Shown here one piece after another: positions 9,580-19,977 of a stretch of DNA of 64,000 nt. The DNA comes from Candidatus Omnitrophota bacterium (GTDB lineage Bacteria; Omnitrophota; Gorgyraeia; JABMRN01; RBG-13-46-9), in NCBI GenBank assembly GCA_013203315.1, contig JABMQJ010000020.1:82289-146288 (forward strand). The letters run 5' to 3'. The notes under the pieces were generated by a model that saw nothing but the letters and a program-made list of their open reading frames with translations, was not told where the DNA came from and did not search any database. How positions within the stretch are numbered: position 1 is the first letter of the stretch; each line of letters starts with the position of its first letter. The position numbers were made by a program, and so were the translations under genes.

Positions 9580-10800
9580 TTACTTCTTAAGGTTTTTTAT
9601 TTCCTCTACCATGCTAATTATTTCTCCCTTTGCGAATTTTGTTCTAATATAATCGTTCTTTTTCAAATTTTCCGCGTTTTTTATAACTTTTCCGTTTTTT
9701 TCGCTTTTCGTAATGCTGTAACCGCGGCCCAAGATTCCAAGCGGGCTTAGGGCTTCGAGTTTTGCGGCAAACGTATTTAAAGCCTCTTCTTTAAATTTTA
9801 CAAGCACTGCACTTTTTGAAGTAAGTTCCCGGGCAAGGTCATCGATTTCCTGCTCGCGCTGGGTAACGATATTAAAAGGCTCTCTGAACACGTATCTTTT
9901 TTTAAGTGCTTCTAGGCTTTCTTTCATAAAATTTATTTTGGATAAGAGCACATTTCCCATTCTTTCCGAAAACCCGTCTAACGCGCTGATGAGATCTTCT
10001 TTTTTGGGGATAACAAGTTCGGCTGCCGCCGAAGGTGTGGGCGCTCTAAAGTCACTTACAAAATCGCTTATGGTATAATCAACCTGGTGGCCTACGGCGC
10101 TTATGACAGGGATTCTCGAGCGGGAAATAGCCCTTGCGACTATCTCTTCGTTAAAAGGCCATAAATCTTCCGTGCTTCCGCCGCCACGGCTGAGTATTAT
10201 AAGGTCTACATTACCTAATACATTAAATAAATCGAGGGCCCGGACAATTTCTTCCTTTGCCATTTCGCCCTGGACCCTTGTAGGATTTACAATAATTTCT
10301 ATATTGGAAAATCTTCTCTTTGCAACGTTAAGTATGTCTTTTATAGCTGCCCCTGTCGGTGATGTCACGACGCCTACGCGTTGCGGCAGTGCCGGGATAG
10401 GCTTTTTGCGGCTTTCATCGAAGAGCCCTTCTTTCCTCAGCTTTTCTTTTAGCTGTTCAAACGCGATTTGAAGGGCACCTGCCCCTCGTGGCTCGATTTT
10501 TTCTACGATAAGCTGATATTGGCCCCTCTTGTCATAAACACTAATTTTACCGAAACATAAAACATGCATGCCGTTTTCTATTTTGAATCTCAAGCCATAA
10601 TTTACCCTTCTGAATAAAACCGAGGAGAGAACGCTATCTTCGTCTCTTACGCTAAAATACATATGGCCCGATTGGTGGCTGGTAAAATTAGATACCTCGC
10701 CTTCGACCCACACGGTACCGAGGCTATCTTCGAGAATCATGCGAATATTGCGCGTAAGTTCGCTTACCGTATATATTCTTTTTTCTTCTGCGGTTTTCAT
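9580..10800 (-). CDS. xseA: Exodeoxyribonuclease VII large subunit
   Basis: VWVEGEVSN, SGHMYF, RGGGSTEDL, SAVGHQVD, APTPSAAAE. Start moved to ATG 10800. Confidence 0.95.
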   Translation of the reverse strand: MKTAEEKRIYTVSELTRNIRMILEDSLGTVWVEGEVSNFTSHQSGHMYFSVRDEDSVLSSVLFRRVNYGLRFKIENGMHVLCFGKISVYDKRGQYQLIVEKIEPRGAGALQIAFEQLKEKLRKEGLFDESRKKPIPALPQRVGVVTSPTGAAIKDILNVAKRRFSNIEIIVNPTRVQGEMAKEEIVRALDLFNVLGNVDLIILSRGGGSTEDLWPFNEEIVARAISRSRIPVISAVGHQVDYTISDFVSDFRAPTPSAAAELVIPKKEDLISALDGFSERMGNVLLSKINFMKESLEALKKRYVFREPFNIVTQREQEIDDLARELTSKSAVLVKFKEEALNTFAAKLEALSPLGILGRGYSITKSEKNGKVIKNAENLKKNDYIRTKFAKGEIISMVEEIKNLKK

Positions 10801-10801
10801 T

Positions 10802-11584
10802 TTAAGAATATTTTTTTTGGATTCTTTCAATAGAATTCGCTTTTCCTTGCTTTTCGTCAAAGTCTATGATCACACCGTTTAGCCATATGTCGTCTTCCGC
10901 CATTTCGAACCTGGTAGGCCTCTGCGTAACGAATCTCGAAAGAATCTGTTCTTTTTTTCTGCCTATTACGGAATCGAAGGGGCCGGTCATGCCGGCATCT
11001 GTTATATAGGCTGTGCCTTTCGGGAGAATTTTTTCGTCAGCTGTCTGGACATGCGTATGCGTGCCCATGATACCCGTAACAAGCCCGTCCAAATACCAGC
11101 CTAATGCTATTTTTTCGCTTGTAGCTTCTGCATGTATATCAACGAAAATGTTCGGAGTGATTTTCTTTATTTTAACGACTTCTTCACGCGAAGCCCTGAA
11201 AGGGCATTCCACTGCCTGCATAAAAACGCGTCCGAGTAGATTTATAACGCCGATTTTTACGCCTGAGGATAATTCTATGATAGTGGAGCCTGACCCCGGA
11301 TTTTCTTTAGGGTAATTAAGGGGCCTTAAAACGCCTTCTCCGCCATCGAGAATCTCTATTACCTCTTTTCTCTTCCAGATGTGGTCACCGCTTGTAAGAA
11401 CGTGTATTCCGCAATTTTTAAGCTCTTCTGCTATAGAAGGCGTTATGCCGCTTCCGCCGGCGGCATTTTCCGCATTTGCAATAACGCATTCTATCGTATA
11501 TTTTTTGACAAGTTGCGGCACAAGCTTTTTTATAGCTTTTCTGCCGGGCTCACCTACTATATCGCCGATAAATAAAAGTTTCAT
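10802..11584 (-). CDS. ymdB: YmdB-family metallophosphoesterase (2',3'-cyclic nucleotide phosphodiesterase)
   Basis: GDIVGEPGR, NAENAAGG, DIHAEATSEK, GTHTHVQTAD; directly downstream of rny. Confidence 0.93.
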   Translation of the reverse strand: MKLLFIGDIVGEPGRKAIKKLVPQLVKKYTIECVIANAENAAGGSGITPSIAEELKNCGIHVLTSGDHIWKRKEVIEILDGGEGVLRPLNYPKENPGSGSTIIELSSGVKIGVINLLGRVFMQAVECPFRASREEVVKIKKITPNIFVDIHAEATSEKIALGWYLDGLVTGIMGTHTHVQTADEKILPKGTAYITDAGMTGPFDSVIGRKKEQILSRFVTQRPTRFEMAEDDIWLNGVIIDFDEKQGKANSIERIQKKYS

Positions 11585-11596
11585 CTGTTATCTCGC

Positions 11597-13165
11597 TTAC
11601 TTTGCATATTCGATTGCCCGCGTTTCACGTATTACCATTACCTTAATCTGGCCGGGGTATTCTAAGCCTTCCTCGATTTTCTTTTTGATATCCCTTGCCA
11701 AAACCGAGGCGTGAGCGTCGTCAAGCATTTCAGGCTTCACCATGATGCGTATTTCTCTTCCGGCCTGAATAGCAAATGCTTTTTCAACGCCTTTGAAGGA
11801 ATCCGCGATAGCTTCCAGCTTTTCCAGGCGCTTTATATATGTTTCTAGAGTTTCTCTTCTGGCGCCCGGCCTTGTGGCGCTTATCCCGTCTGCAGCCTGA
11901 ACGAGCACAGCCAAAAGCGTCCTTGCTTCTATGTCCTGGTGATGAGCCTCTACAGCATGGATAACAACTTCGGGTTCGTTATATTTCCTTGTGATATCGG
12001 CGCCTATTTTGGAGTGTGCGCCTTCTACTTCGTGGCTTACGGCCTTTCCAATATCATGCAACAAACCTATGCGTTTTGCAAGGGTAAAATCGAGTTTAAG
12101 TTCGCCGGCCATAACGCCCATGATATACGCAACTTCTTTTGAGTGCTGCAGTACATTCTGGCCGTAACTTGTTCTAAATCTTAGCCTTCCGAGAAGCTTA
12201 ATAATTTCCGGGTGCAGGCCGTGAAGCCCTACGTCAAAGACTGCTTTTTCCCCTTCTTCGCGTATTGTAGCTTCCATTTCTTTTTTTACTTTTTCGACTA
12301 CTTCTTCGATACGGGCAGGATGTATTCTTCCGTCTCCTATGAGCCTCTCCAGGGAAATTCTTGCGATCTCCCTTCTTACCATATCAAACCCTGAAAGAAT
12401 TACCGCTTCCGGGGTATCGTCGATAATAACATCTATTCCCGTTGCCATTTCCAGAGCACGGATATTCCTGCCTTCTCTTCCTATGATCCTGCCTTTCATG
12501 TCATCACTAGGTAGATTAACAACGCTTATTGTCGTTTCGACCGTATGATCCGTAGCGCATTTCTGGATCGCAAGGCCTATGATCTTGCGCGCTTCTTTAT
12601 CGGCCTTTTCCTTGGCCTCTTCTTCCATGCGCTTAAGCATGTAGGCTGATTCCTGCTTAACATCGTTTTCAAGCCGCTTTAGTAGTATGCGCTTGGCTTC
12701 GTCAACCGTCATGCCGGAAACCCTCTGCAACCTTTCTTTCTCTTCCTGGAGTAGCTGCGCTAATTCGTCGTTTTTCTTTTGTATGTCCTTTTCTTTGCCG
12801 TGTACTTGTTGGATTCTCGAGCTTATTTCTCTCTCTTTTTTATCGAGAACATCTATTCTCCTGTCCAAATTTTCCTCTCTTTGAAGCAGCCTTCTCTCAA
12901 GCTGCATAAGCTCTCTTCGTCTTTCTTTTGATTCTTTCTCGAAATCGGACCTTGTTTTCAGCAAAAGGTCTTTTGCTTCAAGCTGTGCCTCTCTTTTTCT
13001 GGACTCGGCTTCTTTCTTGGATTCCTCTACGATTATTTTTGATTTTTCTTCCGCGCGTTTTATCTTTATGCGTGCGGTGTATTTTCTTACGACATACCCG
13101 ATAAGAAAAAAGAAAAGGGCGCCCAAGATTCCGAACCCGATATAGATAAGCGTCATATTTCCCAT
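11597..13165 (-). CDS. rny: Ribonuclease Y
   Basis: N-terminal TM helix, coiled coil, KH ([13 protein letters not shown]), HD domain (LLHDIGK). Confidence 0.97.
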   Translation of the reverse strand: MGNMTLIYIGFGILGALFFFLIGYVVRKYTARIKIKRAEEKSKIIVEESKKEAESRKREAQLEAKDLLLKTRSDFEKESKERRRELMQLERRLLQREENLDRRIDVLDKKEREISSRIQQVHGKEKDIQKKNDELAQLLQEEKERLQRVSGMTVDEAKRILLKRLENDVKQESAYMLKRMEEEAKEKADKEARKIIGLAIQKCATDHTVETTISVVNLPSDDMKGRIIGREGRNIRALEMATGIDVIIDDTPEAVILSGFDMVRREIARISLERLIGDGRIHPARIEEVVEKVKKEMEATIREEGEKAVFDVGLHGLHPEIIKLLGRLRFRTSYGQNVLQHSKEVAYIMGVMAGELKLDFTLAKRIGLLHDIGKAVSHEVEGAHSKIGADITRKYNEPEVVIHAVEAHHQDIEARTLLAVLVQAADGISATRPGARRETLETYIKRLEKLEAIADSFKGVEKAFAIQAGREIRIMVKPEMLDDAHASVLARDIKKKIEEGLEYPGQIKVMVIRETRAIEYAK

Positions 13166-13226
13166 GTGAGTTACCTCCTCGTTATTAGAAAATCAAAGAT
13201 TACGCGTACTTTTTGATGTTTTAAGA

Positions 13227-13778
13227 TTAGTTGGTGATGATTTTTGAGACGGGAATGTCGTGCGAGTTTTTCGGTAGGCTTTCTACTATCTGAAAATCAA
13301 AGGCTAAACCGATGCTCAACCTGTCCTTGGGTAGTTTCTTCAAAAACCTGTCGTAGTAACCCTTGCCCCTGCCGAGGCGCCTATTCTTTTTATCAAACGC
13401 TACCCCCGGGACAATGATTAAGTCTAAATTTTCCGGTTGAACATCCTTTTGGCATTTTCGCGGTTCATATATTCCGTAGGTGCCTTTCTCCAGATCAGTA
13501 AGCCTATTAGTTATTTCTTTTGGAACGATTCTTTCCGAACTCGCCGAGAGCGGCAATGCCACTCTTTTTCCCGCCCTAAGCGCCTCATCGATCATTTCCT
13601 CGGTGTTTACTTCTTTGTCAGTGGAGGCGTAGAGCATCACAAACTTTGCTTTTTTAAACTCAAGGCAAGAAAAAAGCTTTTCTTTTATTACCCTACTCTT
13701 TCCTTCTGCTTCTTTCCTGTCCTGGTTATTTAGTTTTTCCAGTAGCTCCTTTCTGATTTGTTCCTTTGCTTCATGCAT
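13227..13778 (-). CDS. 5-formyltetrahydrofolate cyclo-ligase
   Basis: IIVPGVAFD...RLGRGKGYYDRFL, HDIPV motifs. Confidence 0.94.
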   Translation of the reverse strand: MHEAKEQIRKELLEKLNNQDRKEAEGKSRVIKEKLFSCLEFKKAKFVMLYASTDKEVNTEEMIDEALRAGKRVALPLSASSERIVPKEITNRLTDLEKGTYGIYEPRKCQKDVQPENLDLIIVPGVAFDKKNRRLGRGKGYYDRFLKKLPKDRLSIGLAFDFQIVESLPKNSHDIPVSKIITN

Positions 13779-13839
13779 TCTAAATTATACACCAAATTGC
13801 GTTGTTTTTCCAGCATTTTTTAACCGGTTTTTGCGCCGT

Positions 13840-14334
13840 TTATTCCAGGGCTTCGATATCGCTTACGAATACCTCTTTTGGCCTCATGCCGATGTATTTT
13901 TGGGCTATATTAAACTCTTTATCTATGATAATCGTAACGGGGATCGCGTTTATCGGGCCGTACAAACCGGCTATTTCGCTGCCATCGGCAATTATGCTGA
14001 AGGTCAGGTTATTGCGTTCGGCGAAACTCTTCACCTTTGGCAGGCCTTCCCTCCCGACGTTTACGCCGATTATCTCTACCTTTTGCTTGTATTCTCTCGC
14101 TATTTCGTTAAAATCAGGCATCTCTTTGCGGCACGGAGGGCACCATGTAGCGAAGAAATTCAGTAATATTACTTTGCCTGCATGGTCCGACAGTCTTACG
14201 GTGTTTCCGTTTATATCTTGCGCTTCGAAGTCCATTGCCTTGCCGTATTCGCCTCTTTCTGCGCGGGTATTTCCGCAGCCAATTACGAATACTATGAAAA
14301 ATAACGATAATAGAAAAATTATTCTTTTTTTCAC
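13840..14334 (-). CDS. TlpA/ResA-family thiol:disulfide oxidoreductase, probable lipoprotein
   Basis: LNFFATWCPPC motif, cis-Pro loop AIP, signal peptide ending VIGC. Confidence 0.9.
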   Translation of the reverse strand: MKKRIIFLLSLFFIVFVIGCGNTRAERGEYGKAMDFEAQDINGNTVRLSDHAGKVILLNFFATWCPPCRKEMPDFNEIAREYKQKVEIIGVNVGREGLPKVKSFAERNNLTFSIIADGSEIAGLYGPINAIPVTIIIDKEFNIAQKYIGMRPKEVFVSDIEALE

Positions 14335-14352
14335 ACCTTGTGCCTCCTTAGC

Positions 14353-15042
14353 CTATAATCGAATTCCTGTTAATAGAAGAATGCCGAAAATTATAAAAAC
14401 AGTGCCGGCTGTAATTGTAACCCAGCGTATGTATTTTCCGAATTTTTTGAAGTAAATTAAAAATGAATTTACCGCAAGGCCTGAGATAAAAAAGGGAAGT
14501 CCCAGCCCCAGCGAAAAGGCTATAAGCAGCTTAATGCCCATTTTTATGCTTGCCGTGCTTGATGCGTAGACGAGGATTGACCCTAAAATGGGGCCCACGC
14601 ACGGCGTCCACGCTACCGCAAAGGTCGCACCTACTAATATTGAACCCAAAATAGAAACCCCGTCTTTTTTATAGGAAAGTTTTTTTTGTTTTTGCAGAAA
14701 AGGTATTTTTATAACTCCTATAATAATTAGTCCAAAAAAGATTATAAATATTCCGCCTATTCTTTTTAGTATCGGCTGATACTCCAAAAGTAGCTTCCCA
14801 AGAAAAGTAACACTTACGCCTAAAAGAACAAAAACAATGGTAAAACCTAATATAAAGCTTAAGGCGTGGAGGGCTGTTGACAGCCTTATTTGATTTTTTC
14901 TTTCTTTAGTGGGTTCTTTGGTGTCCTGGAAGGATACGCCTGTGAGATATGATATATACGCAGGAATCAGGGGCAATACGCACGGTGACAAAAAACTAAA
15001 AACCCCTGCCGTAAACGCCATTATAAAAGAGACATTTTCCAT
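14353..15042 (-). CDS. ccdA: CcdA-family membrane disulfide reductase
   Basis: SFLSPCVLPLIP and WTPCVGPILG motifs, six TM segments. Start moved to ATG 15042. Confidence 0.92.
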   Translation of the reverse strand: MENVSFIMAFTAGVFSFLSPCVLPLIPAYISYLTGVSFQDTKEPTKERKNQIRLSTALHALSFILGFTIVFVLLGVSVTFLGKLLLEYQPILKRIGGIFIIFFGLIIIGVIKIPFLQKQKKLSYKKDGVSILGSILVGATFAVAWTPCVGPILGSILVYASSTASIKMGIKLLIAFSLGLGLPFFISGLAVNSFLIYFKKFGKYIRWVTITAGTVFIIFGILLLTGIRL

Positions 15043-15086
15043 GGCCTGGACCTTTTTAAGCGCTTTCAAGACGCGCTTATGGTTTA

Positions 15087-16298
15087 CTACTCTTTTACGG
15101 GGCGTTCTTTTAGGGGTTTAAAAGTTATTCCCGATTCTACCGAAGGCAATAGGGCTACCGGTTCAGTCAGTAAGAATTTCCCTTCTTTTATCCAATTTTT
15201 CAGTTCTTCGGATATTTCCCTTGCCTTGGCATAACTGGAAAGCGAGGCAGTGGGCACATCTTTGCCTCGCACTTTAATAGAGCCTGAACGTAACTCTTTA
15301 TAATTTACTTCCCCTAAAGAACGGGAGACCCCGTTCGGGTAGTCGTGAGAATAATCTACTATCTGAGCGAAAATTTCTTCGTCTTTTACCGTCGTGTATT
15401 TCAATATCTCTTCGTTAAGTATAGGTATTGGTATGCCGAGCCCGACTGTTAGCGTTACGCCGTATCCTTCGAAAGAGGTTCCGCGTAGCCATTTTGCCTT
15501 CATGCCCTTAAGGTCGCCTGTAACTGCGATTGTACCTGCCGGCGCCTGCGGGACACCGTTTGCTTTACGCTTGACCCCGGGATTGTGTTGCGTTCCCTGC
15601 CAGGTAATGTAGCCTGTTCCTCCGCCTAAAAATATCTTCGTTCCGATACCGATGGTCCTGTAAAAAGGATCATTCAAAAGCGGTGAAAGCTGCCCGGCAG
15701 AACAATAATTGGCGTTAGCCAATTCTGGTTTTAAAATCCCCATGTAGGTATATATGGTCTTTTCTTTGTTCAGATTTACCGCGACATTATAATTTTGGTA
15801 GCAGTTTCTCGGATTAAATAAAACCGCTTCATTTAAGTCTTTGATATTAATAAGTGTCGCTAATTTTTTTCTGGGGTAGCAGTCGGTTCCATACACATTG
15901 CCGACTAGCCTTACATCTTTACCGGCTACTAAATCCTCTATTACATGCGCCCCGCCATATTCAAATTTGCCCGGGAAAACCTTGTTGCGCGGATCATCTT
16001 CAGCCATCGCCGTGGCGCCGATATAAATATCTACGGCTGCGAATCCGGCATACGCAATAACGTCATTCAGCGTTACCTTGCTTCCGCCCAATTTTATCTT
16101 GGGTTTCGTATGGCCGGTATTAAAATATGCGCCGCTTGAGCACATAGGCCCAAAGGTGCCCGTTGTAACCACGTCGACTTTGCGAGCCGCATTTTGTGGG
16201 CCATCTTTCCGGACGATGTCAATAATTTCTTCGGCCGTAACTATTACGGCGGTACCGCTTTTTATCTTTTCGTTTATTTCTTTTATTGTTTTGGCCAT
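15087..16298 (-). CDS. DUF39 / homocysteine biosynthesis protein (L-aspartate semialdehyde sulfurtransferase-like), no CBS domains
   Basis: KTIKEINEKI, VDVVTTGTFGPMCSSGA, GTDCYPR, NPRNCYQNY, AGQLSPLLNDP, GTQHNP, recognised from the MJ0100/MA1821 family. Confidence 0.85.
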   Translation of the reverse strand: MAKTIKEINEKIKSGTAVIVTAEEIIDIVRKDGPQNAARKVDVVTTGTFGPMCSSGAYFNTGHTKPKIKLGGSKVTLNDVIAYAGFAAVDIYIGATAMAEDDPRNKVFPGKFEYGGAHVIEDLVAGKDVRLVGNVYGTDCYPRKKLATLINIKDLNEAVLFNPRNCYQNYNVAVNLNKEKTIYTYMGILKPELANANYCSAGQLSPLLNDPFYRTIGIGTKIFLGGGTGYITWQGTQHNPGVKRKANGVPQAPAGTIAVTGDLKGMKAKWLRGTSFEGYGVTLTVGLGIPIPILNEEILKYTTVKDEEIFAQIVDYSHDYPNGVSRSLGEVNYKELRSGSIKVRGKDVPTASLSSYAKAREISEELKNWIKEGKFLLTEPVALLPSVESGITFKPLKERPVKE

Positions 16299-16351
16299 TT
16301 TCTCTCCTAAAATGCTTATTTAACGCTGGGGTCGAATAGGTATTATATTAC

Positions 16352-17671
16352 TTATTTGCCTATGTTGTCAAGCTGTTCGAGCCAGGATTTTATCTTCTTT
16401 TCATATCCGATCGGTTGAGGCACATAGTACTTCTTTTTGTCGTATACGTAATCCTGTTTAACATAATGGCCTTCAAAATTGTGGGCGTACTTGTATCCTA
16501 CGCCATGCCCCAATTTTTTAGCACTGCGGTAAGAAGAGTCTTTCAGGTGATCCGGAACTTCCTTGGTTCTCTCATTCTCCGCATCTTCCATCGCGCTTGT
16601 AATGCCCATGTAAGCGGCATTTGATTTAGGGGCACATGCTATGTAAACGGTTGCCTGCGCAAGCGGAATGCGCGCCTCCGGGAGCCCTACGAACTCTGAT
16701 ATCTGTAACGCAGCATTAGCGAGAACGATCGCCTGGGGATCGGCATTGCCGACATCTTCTGCTGCGCAAATTACGATTCTTCGCGCAATAAAACGCGGGT
16801 CCTCGCCGGCCACAAGCATCTTCGCAAGCCAGTAAAGCGCCGCGTCAGGATCCGAACCGCGCATGCTTTTTATAAAGGCGCTCGCGGTATCGTAATGCGC
16901 GTCCTCATCTTTGTCATAAATAATGGCCTTGCGCTGAATGGATTCTCTTGCTACTTCCATTGTAAAATCAATAACCTTATCTTTCGCCGGTTTTGTCGTT
17001 AAGGCGCCCACCTCCAGCGCGTTAAGGGCCCTCCTTGCGTCACCGTCGGATGCTTTAGCTAAAAACGTAAGCGCTTTTTTATCCATATTGATTTTCATAT
17101 TGCCCAGCCCCCGCTCTTTATCATTAATGGCTTTTTCCAGGATTGCGACAATTTCTTCGGTTTTGTGCGGCTTAAATTGAAAAACCTGTGAGCGCGAAAG
17201 AAGCGCGGAATTTATGGCGAAAAACGGATTATGCGTAGTTGTCCCTATCAATACGGGGTTGCCCTTTTCGACATCGGGCATGAGAACGTCTTGTTGGGCC
17301 TTATTAAATCTGTGAATTTCATCTATAAAAAGTATTGTCTTTTTTCCTTGAAGTTCCATCCTTTTTTTTGCGCGGGTGATAACGTCGCGCACTTCGCTTA
17401 CATTGCTTGAGGTAGCATTTATGTTTTCAAAAGAAGATGCGGTCGCCACTGATATGACGTAGCCAAGCGCGGTTTTGCCGCAACCGGGCGGGCCGTAAAA
17501 AATAAGGGACGTAATCCTGTCGGCCTCTATGGCGCGCTTCAGGAGTTTTCCTTCGCCCAGAATGTGTTCTTGGCCGACGAATTCATTTAAATTGCGCGGC
17601 CGCATTTTTACGGACAGCGGTTCGATTTTCTTTGTAGCTATGGATTTTTTCTCGAAAAGGTCTTTTGGCAT
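16352..17671 (-). CDS. rarA: Replication-associated recombination protein A (RarA/MgsA)
   Basis: [50 protein letters not shown]. Confidence 0.96.
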   Translation of the reverse strand: MPKDLFEKKSIATKKIEPLSVKMRPRNLNEFVGQEHILGEGKLLKRAIEADRITSLIFYGPPGCGKTALGYVISVATASSFENINATSSNVSEVRDVITRAKKRMELQGKKTILFIDEIHRFNKAQQDVLMPDVEKGNPVLIGTTTHNPFFAINSALLSRSQVFQFKPHKTEEIVAILEKAINDKERGLGNMKINMDKKALTFLAKASDGDARRALNALEVGALTTKPAKDKVIDFTMEVARESIQRKAIIYDKDEDAHYDTASAFIKSMRGSDPDAALYWLAKMLVAGEDPRFIARRIVICAAEDVGNADPQAIVLANAALQISEFVGLPEARIPLAQATVYIACAPKSNAAYMGITSAMEDAENERTKEVPDHLKDSSYRSAKKLGHGVGYKYAHNFEGHYVKQDYVYDKKKYYVPQPIGYEKKIKSWLEQLDNIGK

Positions 17672-17687
17672 GATTTTATTGAAAATT

Positions 17688-17843
17688 AACCCTGCATGCG
17701 CCGTTTCAAAATGAAAAACTTTGGTCCGTCTTTTGTATAAGTGGGTGCCCTCCTCTTATATCCAAGGACATAAGAGAGTTAGGCTCCCGAGACCATTTTG
17801 TTGGATCAAGTTTTATCATCCCAATCACGAGCGCCGCAGGGTT
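17688..17843 (-). ncRNA. ssrS: 6S RNA
   Basis: Closing stem AACCCTGC...GCAGGGTT, inner pairing CTTGATCC/GGACCAAAG, conserved GGGAGC...GGCACCCAC helix around an A-rich central bubble; position downstream of pheT is typical. Ends approximate. Confidence 0.85.
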
Positions 17844-17862
17844 GTAGTTTTTACCTATAAGT

Positions 17863-17890
17863 ATTATACTACCGGGTAAAATTAAAGCAA
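17863..17890 (-). promoter_or_regulatory. Sigma70-type promoter for 6S RNA / rarA
   Basis: TTGCTT-16 nt-TATAAT on the minus strand. Confidence 0.6.
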
Positions 17891-17910
17891 CAAAATAAAA
17901 TAAGCCGGAA

Positions 17911-19959
17911 TTAGCGGAAAGAAATATGGAGTTTTTCGGAAAGGGTAGTTTTTATATCGGAGTGCAGACGATCGACCTCGGAGTCTTCCAGGGTCTTCTC
18001 GTCGCTTCTGTATTCAATCCTGTAAAGAAGCGCTCTTTTATTCTCCGGTATCTGTTTTCCTTTATAGCAATCCGCAAGGGAAATATCTTTTACGAGGTCT
18101 TTGCCTATTTCCTTTATAATGTTCTCCAGTTCCTGCGAGGTAACGCTTTTGTCCATTACCATGGATACGTCTCTCACGATCGAGGGATATCTGCCGAAAG
18201 ACGCGTATTTTTTGCTAAGACTTATTTTTTTGAATAGTTTTGTTATGTAAATTTCAGCATAAAATACATCTTTTTCTATATCAAATTTCCCGCACTCGGC
18301 TTTGCTAACCTCTCCCAGATGCCCTACGATATCTCCGTTTTGCTCCACGATAGAGGTAATGTTTTTATTAAATCCGGGGATACTGCCTTTTTTGAATACA
18401 ACCCCTTTGAGCCCTGATTCATCTAATAGCTTTTCAAGTACTCCTTTTATGTCGAAAAAATCATACCCTTGCTTGTGGCTCCGCCAGTTGTCGCGTTTTA
18501 TTCCTGCAAGGCCAATCGATAAAACAGGTTCTTCGACATAAGAGTTCCCTTTTTCTTTATAGGTCTTTCCGATCTCAAAAAGAGAAAGCTGCTTGGCTCT
18601 TCTATTAAAGTTATAGGAGATAGTCTCAAGCATGCCCGGTAAAAGTGTCGGCCGCATGATTTCCTGGTCTATACTTAATGGATTTTTGATTGCCACGATC
18701 TGGTCCGGAGGCACGTCAAGGCCTTTTATTTTATTACGGTTAATCAGGGCATAGGTTATTATTTCATTTAAGCCTAAACGGATTAGGGCATGACTTAGTT
18801 TTTCCTGAAAAAGGCTTATGGGTTCTTTTATCGTTGTATTACCCACGATCCGCGGGATGGTAACGGGTATTCTTTCATACCCGTATATACGCGCTATTTC
18901 TTCAATAACGTTAATATCGTTTTTAACGTCTTCGCGGAAACCGGGAACTGCGATTTTTAGGAAATTATTTTTCCCGCTTACGGAAAACCCCAGGGCCTTT
19001 AGAATCTTTATTGCCTCGTTCTTCTTTATGGTTACGCCAAGAAGTGAATTTGTTTTTTTTATGGAAAGATTTATGTTTTTCGAATAAGATGTTTTTTTTC
19101 CGACGTCGAAAAATTCCCCCTTTTCGCCCTTAGCGATCTCTGTTATGAGCTCACAGGCTCTCTCGGAGGCTTTTACAACCATGCCATTGTTAATTTTTCT
19201 TTCGAACCTATAGCTGGATTCCGAAGCAATGCCCAGGGCGCGCGATGTGCGCCTTACCGAGATAGGATCGAAAAACGCGCTCTCAAGAAGAATATTTTTA
19301 GTCATGTTGCTAACTTCTGTCTTTAATCCGCCCATGACACCTGCTATTGCAATTGGTTCCGATCCGTCAGCTATAACAAGCGTGTCATTTGTCATCGTTC
19401 TTGGAATATTATCGATAGTTATGATTTTTTCGTCACTGGCCGCGCGCCTTATAATTATACCTTCTTTTATTCTATCCAGGTCGAAAGCATGCAGCGGCTG
19501 GCCTGTTTCGAAAAGAACGAAATTAGTTATGTCGACAATGTTGTTAACGGGTCTGAGCCCCACGGATATAATTCTATTCTTTAACCAATCCGGAGAGGGC
19601 CCTACCTCGACATCTTTTATAATCCTCGCGGTATAACGGAAACAAAGCTCCGGATTATTCAGTGTAATATTAAAAGAGGGTTTTTGTTTTTTGCTTTGCG
19701 CTTTTTGTTTTTTTCCGTCTCTAAGGTCTTTCGGCACCTTAAGGCTTTTCCCTAAAAGTGCGGCAAGTTCCCTGGCTACGCCCAAAACGCTTAGGCAGTC
19801 GGGGCGGTTGGCAGTTATTTCGAGCTCAAAAATATAGTCACCGCCCACGTTCTCGCAGGAGGCGACGTTAACGCCTGCCATCGTAAGAAGATGAGCGATT
19901 TTCTTCGGATCTATTTTCGTGTCTACGTAATCTTTTAACCAGCTGTAACTAACTTTCAT
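17911..19959 (-). CDS. pheT: Phenylalanine--tRNA ligase beta subunit (short form)
   Basis: MKVSYSWL, EITANRPDCLS, NNIVDITN, GQPLHAFD, EEIARIYGY, C-terminal FDX-ACB domain; 682 aa. Confidence 0.95.
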   Translation of the reverse strand: MKVSYSWLKDYVDTKIDPKKIAHLLTMAGVNVASCENVGGDYIFELEITANRPDCLSVLGVARELAALLGKSLKVPKDLRDGKKQKAQSKKQKPSFNITLNNPELCFRYTARIIKDVEVGPSPDWLKNRIISVGLRPVNNIVDITNFVLFETGQPLHAFDLDRIKEGIIIRRAASDEKIITIDNIPRTMTNDTLVIADGSEPIAIAGVMGGLKTEVSNMTKNILLESAFFDPISVRRTSRALGIASESSYRFERKINNGMVVKASERACELITEIAKGEKGEFFDVGKKTSYSKNINLSIKKTNSLLGVTIKKNEAIKILKALGFSVSGKNNFLKIAVPGFREDVKNDINVIEEIARIYGYERIPVTIPRIVGNTTIKEPISLFQEKLSHALIRLGLNEIITYALINRNKIKGLDVPPDQIVAIKNPLSIDQEIMRPTLLPGMLETISYNFNRRAKQLSLFEIGKTYKEKGNSYVEEPVLSIGLAGIKRDNWRSHKQGYDFFDIKGVLEKLLDESGLKGVVFKKGSIPGFNKNITSIVEQNGDIVGHLGEVSKAECGKFDIEKDVFYAEIYITKLFKKISLSKKYASFGRYPSIVRDVSMVMDKSVTSQELENIIKEIGKDLVKDISLADCYKGKQIPENKRALLYRIEYRSDEKTLEDSEVDRLHSDIKTTLSEKLHISFR

Positions 19960-19977
19960 TTCCTACCCCTAGACCGT

